A stretch of DNA of 29,439 nt. Source: an uncultured Pseudomonadota bacterium (lineage in GTDB: Bacteria; UBA10199; JADFYH01). This document shows positions 8,743 through 16,924 of this stretch, piece after piece (the first letter of the stretch is position 1; each line of letters starts with the position of its first letter). A program made the translations under genes and the position numbers. The notes beneath the pieces were generated by a model, which was given only the letters and a program-made list of their open reading frames with translations, had not been told where the DNA came from and made no database searches. The stretch is taken from positions 1 to 29,439 of the forward strand of contig CAZSRQ010000013.1 of assembly GCA_964609335.1 (NCBI GenBank). The letters run 5' to 3'.

Positions 8743-9586
8743 GAAACAAGATCTGTTGACAATGGAAAAACAATTTCTTTCAGAAAAGAAGATTTATACC
8801 CGCTTTATTGGCTATTCATTTGCGTTGCATCTGTTTCTTTTTTTGTTTTTTTTGATTGTTTCGGTTTTCCAACAAAAAGTGATTTCTCCTGAAAAGGAGA
8901 TTATGTGGGTTCAGTTGGGATCTTCTGGTACTCAAGAAGGTTTACCGATCAAAGAGTCAAAAACTCTTCCGAAAACCACAATTGAAGAGCAGAAAAAAGC
9001 AAAAGAAGAACAACCGCCTCCAAAACAGGTCAAAAAAGAGGAATCGAAAGTGAATAAAGAGGTAAAGCAGAATGTAAAAGAGAAGGTGGCGATTCAAGAT
9101 AAAAACAAAAAACCTAAAAAAGAAGAAAAGAATGAGATGAAAAAGGAGGAGGTAAAACCCTCCAAGGAAGATTCAAAAATCAAAGAGGCACTGAAAAAAA
9201 TCAATGAAGATCTGAAAGAAAAATCGGTTCCTCCTGAAGCTGCCCAGGCAAAGCAGGGTGGATCTGGGGATCCGGCCGGTAATCCGGAAAAAGGGGGAAG
9301 TAATTCCGAATGTGGAAGATATTCTGCCCGAGTAAGACAGAGAATTGTGAGCAACTGGATTCGGTTGATCGGGTCGAATCGACCTCCACGTTCTCCAAAA
9401 ATTTCGGTGATGATCAACGCGAATGGGGAAATTATTTCAACTCCGCAATGGATTCAAAAGTCGGGAGATTATTCTTTGGATGCATCGACCTTACGAGCGG
9501 TGCAAACTTCTTCTCCCTTTCCGCCTCCTCCAGTCGATTGCCAGGAAGCGGTGAAAGAAGGATTTGTGGTGGTTTTTGGAAAATAA
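8714..9586 (+). CDS. tolA: TolA-like protein: N-terminal TM anchor, K/E-rich linker, TonB-C-type C-terminal domain
   Basis: TM helix (FALHLFLFLFFLIVSVF), then a long KEE/KK low-complexity linker. C-terminal domain RYSARVRQRI..NW..........I.V.I..NGEI has a TonB_C-like fold. Its position between tolR and tolB favours TolA over TonB. Alternative start at 8762 (MEKQF). Overlaps the tolR end by 29 nt if started at 8714. Confidence 0.7.
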   Translation: MPNRKILPSKKQDLLTMEKQFLSEKKIYTRFIGYSFALHLFLFLFFLIVSVFQQKVISPEKEIMWVQLGSSGTQEGLPIKESKTLPKTTIEEQKKAKEEQPPPKQVKKEESKVNKEVKQNVKEKVAIQDKNKKPKKEEKNEMKKEEVKPSKEDSKIKEALKKINEDLKEKSVPPEAAQAKQGGSGDPAGNPEKGGSNSECGRYSARVRQRIVSNWIRLIGSNRPPRSPKISVMINANGEIISTPQWIQKSGDYSLDASTLRAVQTSSPFPPPPVDCQEAVKEGFVVVFGK

Positions 9587-9595
9587 TCGGAAGAA

Positions 9596-9680
9596 GAATT
9601 CAGGAGACAGAAATCAGAAGATAGAATAAAAAAATTTTATTCTTCATTCTTCTGACTCCTGATTTCTGTCTCCTGAATTC
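9596..9680. repeat. Long hairpin between tolA and tolB: 22-bp perfect stem, about 41-nt AT-rich loop
   Basis: GAATTCAGGAGACAGAAATCAG (9596-9617) is the exact reverse complement of CTGATTTCTGTCTCCTGAATTC (9659-9680). The left arm extends to 9620 and the right arm carries a 7-nt CTCCTGA insertion. Confidence 0.8.
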
Positions 9681-9708
9681 TGTATTATAAAGTCATGAAA
9701 GGTCACTT

Positions 9709-11010
9709 ATGAAAAAACATCTTATCCTCTTTTTTATTCTCAATCTTTTTTTGATTTCCGCTGCCCAAGCGAAAATTTATATTTATGTTGATCAGCCAAG
9801 TCCCGAAAGAAAATTTCCGATTGCGGTTCCTGATTTGGTGAATCTAAAAGGAGGAGAGAAAGATGATTTGCTCACAAAAATTCCCGATGTTTTAAGAAAC
9901 GATCTAAAGCTCGCCGGATATTTTCAGGTTCTAAACAAATCGACCTATCTTGAAAATCCAGGGCCGGGGCTCATCTCCCAAGAGATTGATTTCAAAAAAT
10001 GGACGGCGATTGAAGCGAATGCGTTGGTCAAGGGAGGGATTGCAGTCGATGGCAAAAACATCACGCTTCAATTCAGGCTTTTTGATCCGTACACCGGAGA
10101 AATGCTTGTCGGTAAAGAATATAAGGTCGACAGAAACAATTACCGTGCAGCCGTTCATCGCTTTATGGATGAAGTGATGCTTGCTCTCACCGGAGAAAAA
10201 GGGGTTTTCTCGACGAGAATTACCGCCGCTTGCGGAAAAATCGGAAAACGCGAAATTTTTGTGATGGATGTCGATGGTGGAAATATGTCAGCCATTACGA
10301 ATAATCAGTCGATTAACGTTTCCCCTTCGTGGTCTCCCGATAATTCACAAATCGCTTTTACTTCTTATTCAAAATATTTTCCTGAAATTTTTACGATTCC
10401 TTCGAGTGGAAAGGGAAAACCGAAACGGATCACTTTTAACAATTCAATGAATATCACGCCCGCTTGGGCTCCTGATGGAAGCGCGATTGCCATTTCGAGC
10501 AGCATGTCGGGTGATCCGGAGCTTTATCTGATTGATGCACAGGGAAATAAACTGGCGCAACTAACCCGGAGTTTTGGAATTGATCTGAATCCAACCTGGT
10601 CTCCCGATTCGCAGCATCTCATTTTTGCCTCTGAACGGGCCGGGAATTTGCATCTATTTTCCATGGATCGGAAGGGTGGAAACACAAAAAGACTTACTTT
10701 TGTCGGCTATCAAAATGATCAACCCGACTGGTCTCCCAAGGGAGACAAAGTTGCTTTCAGTAGTCGTGACAGCGGAAATTTTGATATTTTTACCATGAAT
10801 GCCGATGGATCGATGATTCAACGTTTGACCAGTGGATCAGGCAACAATGAATCCCCCAGCTTTTCCCCGGATGGACGATATATTGTTTATACCAGCACAC
10901 GCGGTTATCGAAGCGATGTCTTTATCATGCTTTGGGATGGATCGAATCAAACCCGAATTACTCAAACCGGTGATTGTGTCAATCCAGATTGGTCGAATTG
11001 GATGAATTAA
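9709..11010 (+). CDS. tolB: Tol-Pal system beta-propeller protein TolB
   Basis: Signal peptide, N-terminal TolB domain, then repeated [PS][ST]WSPDG.x.[IV][AV][FY]-type blades: SWSPDNSQIAF, PAWAPDGSAIA, PTWSPDSQHLIF, PDWSPKGDKVAF, PSFSPDGRYIVY. Confidence 0.9.
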   Translation: MKKHLILFFILNLFLISAAQAKIYIYVDQPSPERKFPIAVPDLVNLKGGEKDDLLTKIPDVLRNDLKLAGYFQVLNKSTYLENPGPGLISQEIDFKKWTAIEANALVKGGIAVDGKNITLQFRLFDPYTGEMLVGKEYKVDRNNYRAAVHRFMDEVMLALTGEKGVFSTRITAACGKIGKREIFVMDVDGGNMSAITNNQSINVSPSWSPDNSQIAFTSYSKYFPEIFTIPSSGKGKPKRITFNNSMNITPAWAPDGSAIAISSSMSGDPELYLIDAQGNKLAQLTRSFGIDLNPTWSPDSQHLIFASERAGNLHLFSMDRKGGNTKRLTFVGYQNDQPDWSPKGDKVAFSSRDSGNFDIFTMNADGSMIQRLTSGSGNNESPSFSPDGRYIVYTSTRGYRSDVFIMLWDGSNQTRITQTGDCVNPDWSNWMN

Positions 11011-11014
11011 AAAT

Positions 11015-11977
11015 ATGAATTACGCCACGATCGACATAGGGAGTAATACCGTCCTGCTTCTGATCGCCTCGATCGGAAAAGAAGGGGAGATTATTCCTCT
11101 GCTTGAAAAAGCGGAAATTACCCGTTTGGGTCAGTCGCAAAGTCAAAGCCCTGCCGACGCTTCTTTCCGTGCGTTACATCCTGAAGCGATGGAGAGAACT
11201 CTCAAGGTTTTACGTCAGTATACCGATTTATGTCATCGAAATCAGGTCGAAGGAATTGCCTGTATCGGAACCGAAGCACTTCGCCGAGCCTACAACTCCA
11301 ATACTCTGGTTCGTCAAATCGAGGATAGCTGTGGTTTTAAGGTCGAGATTATCCCCGGAAAAAAAGAGGCGGAGCTTGCTTATTTGTCAGCGATGCTTGA
11401 TTTCAGGGAAGTTTATCCAAATCTGGTGGTTGTAGATATTGGAGGTGGATCGACTGAGTTGATTTGGGAAACCGAAACCACCGAAAGTCGCGCGAAGCTT
11501 CAGATGATTTCGATGAAAATGGGATCGGTTCGACTGACCGAGCGATTTATCAAGAGTGATCCGATCAGTTCTGAAGAATTTGATTATCTTTCTGATTTGA
11601 TTGAGACGAAATTGAATGAGGATCTGGCAATTTTGCCACTTCCAAAACATCCGCTCACCCTGATTGGACTGGCAGGAACGGTGACCACCTTGTCTTCGAT
11701 GGCTCAAAAGTTGAAAACCTATGATTCAAAAAAAGTTCAAGGTTCTACTTTGACCCTTTCTCAATTAGAAAAAACGATTGAAGGGTTGAAAAAGAAAAAC
11801 CTCGAAGAAAAAAAACAGATCGTTGGCATTGAACCGAAACGAGCCGATGTGCTGCTTGCGGGAGCGATGATTCTCGAGGCGGTGATGAAAAAATTCAAGG
11901 CGAAGCAGGTAGTGGTGAGCGATCACGGAATTCGCTACGGGCTTTTTTACCAGCGGTTTATGACTCGTCCTCGTTAA
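11015..11977 (+). CDS. ppx: Ppx/GppA family exopolyphosphatase / guanosine pentaphosphate phosphohydrolase
   Basis: N-terminal ATIDIGSNTVLLLIA and VVDIGGGSTEL phosphate-binding motifs of the ASKHA Ppx/GppA fold. Has only the two N-terminal domains (320 aa). Confidence 0.85.
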   Translation: MNYATIDIGSNTVLLLIASIGKEGEIIPLLEKAEITRLGQSQSQSPADASFRALHPEAMERTLKVLRQYTDLCHRNQVEGIACIGTEALRRAYNSNTLVRQIEDSCGFKVEIIPGKKEAELAYLSAMLDFREVYPNLVVVDIGGGSTELIWETETTESRAKLQMISMKMGSVRLTERFIKSDPISSEEFDYLSDLIETKLNEDLAILPLPKHPLTLIGLAGTVTTLSSMAQKLKTYDSKKVQGSTLTLSQLEKTIEGLKKKNLEEKKQIVGIEPKRADVLLAGAMILEAVMKKFKAKQVVVSDHGIRYGLFYQRFMTRPR

Positions 11978-12146
11978 CCGGATTTGTCTCCGAATTCCTG
12001 TTTTCTTTATCCGGAATTGCATACTCTTCGGAGGCCCATTTTCCCAAATCAATCAAACGACATCGTTCGCTACAAAATGGCTTGTGAGGATTGTTTTCCC
12101 AGGTAGTTTCTTTTTTACAATAAGGGCATTTGATTTGTTTTGGCAT
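11958..12146 (-). CDS. yacG: DNA gyrase inhibitor YacG (zinc-finger)
   Basis: CPYC....W.NNP..PFCSERCRLIDLGKWASEEY is the YacG zinc-ribbon signature. 62 aa. Its 3' end overlaps the ppx stop by 20 nt; the two genes are convergent. Confidence 0.85.
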   Translation of the reverse strand: MPKQIKCPYCKKETTWENNPHKPFCSERCRLIDLGKWASEEYAIPDKENRNSETNPVNEDES

Positions 12147-12178
12147 AAAAAAGTAATGGATGCGACCGTGTGGCCAAT

Positions 12179-14143
12179 TTATTCGCTTCTCGGTCGATCA
12201 ACCGAAAGATAAGTATATCCTCTTAAATTTTCTTCATAGAGATCAATCAGATTGACCCCTTCTTTTGGCTTGATGAGTCCATCGCGAACCTGTTGATCGA
12301 GGGCGGTCTTGATTTTTCTGGCCAGATCAGTCGGGGCATATTGAAGTCGGGAAAGTACCTGTTCTACGGTATCTCCCGGAATTATCTCTTCGAGATAAAA
12401 ATCTTCGGGATCTTCATCATCGCAAAAAACATGCACTTCATTCACGCGGCCAAAGAGATTATGCATATCTCCCATGATATCCTGGTAAGCGCCGAGGAGG
12501 AACATGCCAATAAAATAAGGTTCTCCCGGTTTTAGCGTATGCAGGCTTAAGGTATTTTTCACATCGATTAAATCGATAAAACGGTCGATTTTTCCATCAC
12601 TATCGCAGGTAATATCGACAATCGTCGACTCCCGGGATGGAGCTTCATCGAGCCGATGAACCGGAACGATCGGAAAAAGCTGGTCAAACGCCCAATGATC
12701 GGGGGCAGTTTGAAAGAGACTAAAATTTACGAGATCTTGATCGGCCATTAAATCAGGGAGATTTCCGATATCTTCGGGGACATGTTTGAGGTTTTGCGTC
12801 AGTTTGATAATCGCCCGACAGATCTGCCAGAAAAGACTTTCAACTTTGGCGCGATCTTCCAGTTCCAAAATTCCGAGCTTGAACATCGAAAGAGCTTCCT
12901 CTTTTTTGGCGACGGCGTGGTGAAAAGATTCTAAAACATTTTTGCTGTTCAGATTATTGACCAGTTTTCTCGTTTTTTTGACAATATCTGCTTCCTTGAT
13001 TTTTTCAGGTTTTTCATTGCTGCTGGTGCCATTCGAGCCGATTTCAATATTTCCGAAGACCGGCATGATAATACAGGAGTGATGCGCGGTAATGGCACGG
13101 CCGGATTCGCTGACAATACAAGGTTCAGAGACCGATTCGTCCTGGCAGATCTGTTGAATGTTATAAACGACGTCGCTGGTGTATTCATCCAAAGTATAAT
13201 TCATGGATGAGGTGCCGGTCGTTCGCGACCCATCGTAATCTACTCCAAGCCCGCCACCGATATCAAAATAGTCGATTTCAAATCCCATCTTTTTCAGTTT
13301 TGCGTAGATGCGGGTTCCTTCGCGAATCGCATCTTTCAAGGTTCCGATGTCAGTGATCTGGCTTCCGACATGAAAATGAAAAAGTTTCAAACAAGATTCT
13401 TGATTGCTTTCCTTTAACATCTGAACCGCGCGGATCAGTTCTGGCGTGGTTAAGCCAAATTTGGCGAAATCCCCGCCGCTGCTTTCCCACTTGCCGGTTC
13501 CTTTGGTAGTTAGCTTTGCTCTTAGCCCGATCAGCGGTTCGACCTGCATCTCTTTGGCAATTTCTAAAAGATGGGGAAGTTCGGAAAGTTTTTCGATGAC
13601 GACAATAATTTTTCTACCAAGTTTGCGACCGAGCATCGCCAGTCGCATATAATTTTCATCTTTATAACCATTGCAAATGGTGAGTGCTTCGGGATCGTTG
13701 TTCAATGCCAGCACCGGCATTAATTCCCCTTTGCTTCCCGCCTCCAAGCCAAAGTGATAGGGGGCACCAGCATCCAGAATTTCTTCCACCACTTCTCGCA
13801 TCTGATTGACCTTGATCGGGTAAACGCCGAGATATTTGTTTTGGTAGCTATGATCTAGAATTGATTTTTTAAAAGATTCGTTGAGAGCGATGACGCGAGA
13901 ACGAAGAATATCTTGAAAACGAATGACGCAGGGAAATCCGATTTTTTTTTCCTGGATATCGTCAACGACATCCATAATATCGATCGATGGGCCCTCTCGA
14001 CCATACGGCTGAACGCAGAGATGACCGCGGTCGTTGACAAAAAAATAGCCTGATCCCCAATTTTCAATATTATAATGCTGAATTGCCTTGGCGACTGACC
14101 AATCGGGATCGACATCTGGTTTTAGATTATGTAAGGTGACCAT
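12179..14143 (-). CDS. speA: Biosynthetic arginine decarboxylase SpeA
   Basis: 654 aa. N-terminal YNIENWGSGYFFVNDRGHLCVQP. PLP-fold-III motifs: GVYPIKVNQ (Lys) and GGGLGVDY. Length and architecture are typical of SpeA. Confidence 0.9.
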   Translation of the reverse strand: MVTLHNLKPDVDPDWSVAKAIQHYNIENWGSGYFFVNDRGHLCVQPYGREGPSIDIMDVVDDIQEKKIGFPCVIRFQDILRSRVIALNESFKKSILDHSYQNKYLGVYPIKVNQMREVVEEILDAGAPYHFGLEAGSKGELMPVLALNNDPEALTICNGYKDENYMRLAMLGRKLGRKIIVVIEKLSELPHLLEIAKEMQVEPLIGLRAKLTTKGTGKWESSGGDFAKFGLTTPELIRAVQMLKESNQESCLKLFHFHVGSQITDIGTLKDAIREGTRIYAKLKKMGFEIDYFDIGGGLGVDYDGSRTTGTSSMNYTLDEYTSDVVYNIQQICQDESVSEPCIVSESGRAITAHHSCIIMPVFGNIEIGSNGTSSNEKPEKIKEADIVKKTRKLVNNLNSKNVLESFHHAVAKKEEALSMFKLGILELEDRAKVESLFWQICRAIIKLTQNLKHVPEDIGNLPDLMADQDLVNFSLFQTAPDHWAFDQLFPIVPVHRLDEAPSRESTIVDITCDSDGKIDRFIDLIDVKNTLSLHTLKPGEPYFIGMFLLGAYQDIMGDMHNLFGRVNEVHVFCDDEDPEDFYLEEIIPGDTVEQVLSRLQYAPTDLARKIKTALDQQVRDGLIKPKEGVNLIDLYEENLRGYTYLSVDRPRSE

Positions 14144-14207
14144 CTGAAATTTAATTGAATCATTCAGGCGAGATTGTCAACAGAACAGTATCGTTTTCAG
14201 GGGAAAA

Positions 14208-14474
14208 ATGGGCTCTCAAAATACCCTCCATAAAATAGAAGAAGTTTTGCGTGAAAAATTGCAACCGGTTTCGCTGCAAATCAAGGATGATAGCGCCAAA
14301 CATGCGGGGCATGTCGGGGCAAGATCTGGAAAAGGGCATTTTCAGGTTGAAATTGCTTCCCCTCTTTTCGAAGGGAAAAGTTTGATTGAACAGCATCGAA
14401 TGGTGAATGAAGCTTTAAGAGAGTTGTTAGAAACGGAGATTCATGCGTTGCAGTTGAAAACGAGTATTGGGTAA
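14208..14474 (+). CDS. bolA: BolA/IbaG family protein
   Basis: 88 aa. HAGH.......GHFQVEI.S..F.GKS...QHRMVN..L......IHAL.L.T is the BolA signature. Confidence 0.8.
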   Translation: MGSQNTLHKIEEVLREKLQPVSLQIKDDSAKHAGHVGARSGKGHFQVEIASPLFEGKSLIEQHRMVNEALRELLETEIHALQLKTSIG

Positions 14475-14489
14475 AATCCAAAATTAATT

Positions 14490-14546
14490 CAGGGGGATTC
14501 CTGTTCGCCTGCTGCGAAGCACGGCGTTTGCAGGAATGACAATACT
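14490..14546. repeat. Isolated internal module of the family-B repeat (CAGGGGGATTCCTG...GCAGGAATGACAATAC)
   Basis: Matches the internal segment CAGGGGGATTC(T)CCTGCCTGCC..GGCACGGCG..GGAATGACAGTA of the elements at 21547-21715 and 24943-25104. It lacks their terminal inverted repeats. Confidence 0.5.
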
Positions 14547-14549
14547 CTT

Positions 14550-15569
14550 ATGCGTCCAAGAATTGTTTCGTTAATTGCGAGTAGTACTGAAATTGTCTGT
14601 GCGCTTGGTTTCTATGGTCATCTGGTTGGCAGATCCCACGAATGTGATTTTCCACTTTCAGTCAAAAGTCTTCCGGTTTGTACCGAACCAAAATTCAACA
14701 TCGATGGAAATAGTTATGAAATTGATCAGCGAGTGAAAGCAATCCTCCAAGAAGGGCTTTCTGTTTACCGCGTTCATGCCGATCAGCTTAAAAAATTAAA
14801 ACCCGATCTGATTGTGACCCAGGTTCAATGTGAGGTTTGCGCGGTGAGTGAGAAGGATGTCGAAGAAGCGGTTTGTCAGCTGGTCGACTCCAAGCCGAAA
14901 ATTGTTTCCTTGAATCCGAATTCATTGAAAGATCTTTGGGAGGATATCCGAAAAGTGGCAACAGCGCTGAATGTGATTCCTAAAGGGGAAGAGGTGATTG
15001 CGGATTTGAAAGCGAGGATGAGTATAATTTCTCAGAAGATACAAGAAAATTTTTCTAAAGGTGTTTCATTAGATAAATCCCCCCAGCCCCCTTTGCTAAA
15101 GGGGGAGACAGCAATACCCCCCTTTGAAAAAGGGGGGCTGGGGGGGATTTCTTCCACTCGTCCCACGGTTGCCTGCATTGAATGGATCAATCCGCTGATG
15201 TCGTGTGGAAACTGGCTTCCAGAGCTGGTTGAAATGGCGGGTGGAATCAATCTTTTTGGCGAGGCAGGAAAACATTCTCCCTGGATGACGTTTGAAGATC
15301 TGCTCCAAAAAAATCCCGATATCCTGATTGTTTTGCCCTGTGGATTTGATATTCCGAAAACGAGAGAAGAGATGCATTGGCTGACCGACAATCCCAACTG
15401 GAAAAAACTGAAAGCGGTTCAAAACAAAAAAGTTTTTTTGGCGGATGGAAATCAGTATTTCAATCGCCCGGGTCCGCGAGTTGTCGAATCGTTGGAGATC
15501 TTGGCAGAAATTTTTTATCCGACTCTTTTTAATTTCGGACATCACAAGAAAGCATGGGAAGAATGCTAG
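14550..15569 (+). CDS. Cobalamin/Fe-siderophore-type ABC substrate-binding protein (BtuF/class III SBP-like) with an in-frame repeat-derived insertion
   Basis: N-lobe motifs (RIVSLIASSTEIVCALG, KPDLIV). The inter-lobe motif RPTVACIEWINPLMSCGNWLPELVEMAGG is typical of the BtuF family. No signal peptide is evident. Codons 176-201 (KSPQPPLLKGETAIPPFEKGGLGGIS) are encoded by a palindromic repeat. Confidence 0.7.
   Translation: MRPRIVSLIASSTEIVCALGFYGHLVGRSHECDFPLSVKSLPVCTEPKFNIDGNSYEIDQRVKAILQEGLSVYRVHADQLKKLKPDLIVTQVQCEVCAVSEKDVEEAVCQLVDSKPKIVSLNPNSLKDLWEDIRKVATALNVIPKGEEVIADLKARMSIISQKIQENFSKGVSLDKSPQPPLLKGETAIPPFEKGGLGGISSTRPTVACIEWINPLMSCGNWLPELVEMAGGINLFGEAGKHSPWMTFEDLLQKNPDILIVLPCGFDIPKTREEMHWLTDNPNWKKLKAVQNKKVFLADGNQYFNRPGPRVVESLEILAEIFYPTLFNFGHHKKAWEEC
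15075..15150. repeat. Family-A palindromic element (compact 76-bp variant) inside the SBP coding sequence
   Basis: AAATCCCCCCAGCC [CCCCTTTGCTAAAGGGGG] AGACAGCAATA [CCCCCCTTTGAAAAAGGGGGG] CTGGGGGGGATTT. Two internal hairpins are enclosed by an outer inverted repeat. The CCCCCTTTGAAAAAGGGGG hairpin also occurs in the copies at 1208, 20815 and 26625. Confidence 0.75.
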
Positions 15570-16732
15570 CGACTCTCTCCTCCAATGGTCATGCCGATAT
15601 TCTTTTCACCCTTTTCATTATTTTTGCCTCCGCAAAAATACTGGCCGAAATTTTCGAGCGATTGAAACAGCCTGCAGTGGTAGGTGAAATCCTCGCTGGC
15701 GTTCTCATCGGTCCGAGTGTTTTGGCACTGGTAAAACCTTCTGAAATTACCTCCGCCCTTGCTGAAATTGGGGTTATTTTGCTCCTTTTCACGGTGGGGT
15801 TAGAGGTTCATCCCGGCTCTCTTTTGAAAGTCGGCAAACGGGCGATATTTGTCGCCTTGGCAGGGGTGATTCTTCCTTTTTTTGCCGGATGGGGATTTCT
15901 GACTCTTTGGGGAGAGCCGACGATTGAAGCGGTTTTTCTCGGAGCGGCTCTCGTTGCGACCAGTGTCGGGATTACCGCGCGGGTTCTTGCTTCGATGAAT
16001 CAGTTGAGTGCTGAGGCGAGCCAGATCATTATGGCAGCCGCGGTGATCGATGATATTTTGGGGCTTCTGGTTTTAAGTGGGGTGAGTAGTTTTGCAAAAG
16101 GAAATGTGAATTTTACCGAGTTGATAACCACCGCTTTGCTTTCGATCGGCTTTGTCATTTTCATGGTTTTTGTCGGGGCGCGGGTGATGAAAAAATCCCG
16201 TCCTCATTTTGAAAAACTTCGGATGAATCATTCTTTTTTTATCGTCGGAATGTTGCTCTGTTTCGGTCTTTCGTGGCTGGCCAATATCGTCGGAGTTGCC
16301 GCGATTATCGGTGCATTTCTTGCGGGAATGGCTTTATCCGAGGCGAGCGAAGAGGGGTCTCTTCGAACCCAAGCCGATTCGGTGATGGAATTGATGGTTC
16401 CGTTTTTTCTTGCAGGGATCGGTTTGCAGCTTAATCTTTCGGTTTTTGGAAATGGCTCTGTTCTTCTGCTTTCTTGTCTGGTGACCGTGATTGCCATCGC
16501 GACAAAACTGATTGGATGTGGATTAGCTGCCTGGCCACTTGGAAAAGCAAATGCTCTCCGAATCGGAATAGGAATGGTTCCGCGGGGAGAGGTCGGAATC
16601 ATTGCGGCACAAATTGGGCTGACGCTTGGAGTTCTTGATTCCACTCTTTATGGGGTGATTGTGTTTATGGCGGTGGCAACGACTTTGGTGACTCCGCCAT
16701 TTTTAAAAATATTATTCAGGAAAAAATCTTAG
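15554..16732 (+). CDS. Monovalent cation:proton antiporter (CPA2/Kef-type transmembrane domain, no KTN/TrkA domain)
   Basis: About 11 TM helices. N-terminal ADILFTLFIIFASAKILAEIFERLKQPAVVGEILAGVLIGPS matches the CPA2 signature. Overlaps the upstream SBP gene by 16 nt. Confidence 0.8.
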   Translation: MGRMLATLSSNGHADILFTLFIIFASAKILAEIFERLKQPAVVGEILAGVLIGPSVLALVKPSEITSALAEIGVILLLFTVGLEVHPGSLLKVGKRAIFVALAGVILPFFAGWGFLTLWGEPTIEAVFLGAALVATSVGITARVLASMNQLSAEASQIIMAAAVIDDILGLLVLSGVSSFAKGNVNFTELITTALLSIGFVIFMVFVGARVMKKSRPHFEKLRMNHSFFIVGMLLCFGLSWLANIVGVAAIIGAFLAGMALSEASEEGSLRTQADSVMELMVPFFLAGIGLQLNLSVFGNGSVLLLSCLVTVIAIATKLIGCGLAAWPLGKANALRIGIGMVPRGEVGIIAAQIGLTLGVLDSTLYGVIVFMAVATTLVTPPFLKILFRKKS

Positions 16733-16756
16733 CGGTTTAAAATCTTGAATCGCTAA

Positions 16757-16913
16757 ATTAATCGTAACTACTCAGGTTCCTCAATAAATTTTATACAAAT
16801 GGGACATGGTGAGCTTGTCGAACCATCACTCCAGTGCACTCAATTGATGGTTCGACTCCGTTGCACTACGCTCACCATGTCCCTATTGGATGCCTGAACA
16901 GTTACAATTAATC
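16757..16913. repeat. Family-B-related palindromic element (TIR AATTAATCGTAACTACTCAGG / CCTGAACAGTTACAATTAATC) with nested internal palindromes
   Basis: The left terminus GTAACTACTCAGG is identical to the termini of the elements at 21547 and 24943. The interior GGGACATGGTGAGC...GTCGAACCATCA...TGATGGTTCGAC...GCTCACCATGTCCC forms nested inverted repeats. Lies between the convergent antiporter and NUDIX genes. Confidence 0.7.
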
Positions 16914-16924
16914 AATTAAAACTA

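Noticed and set aside
14475-14549. Possible cobalamin riboswitch upstream of the BtuF-like gene
   Set aside because: The leader is only ~75 nt, too short for a B12 riboswitch aptamer plus expression platform. It lacks the B12-box consensus. The structured part is a fragment of the family-B repeat instead.
16845-16885. GGTTCGACTCC motif resembling a tRNA T-arm (also at 26078-26100)
   Set aside because: There is no acceptor stem, anticodon arm or CCA-compatible 3' end. The motif sits inside nested palindromes of a dispersed repeat. Not a tRNA or tmRNA.
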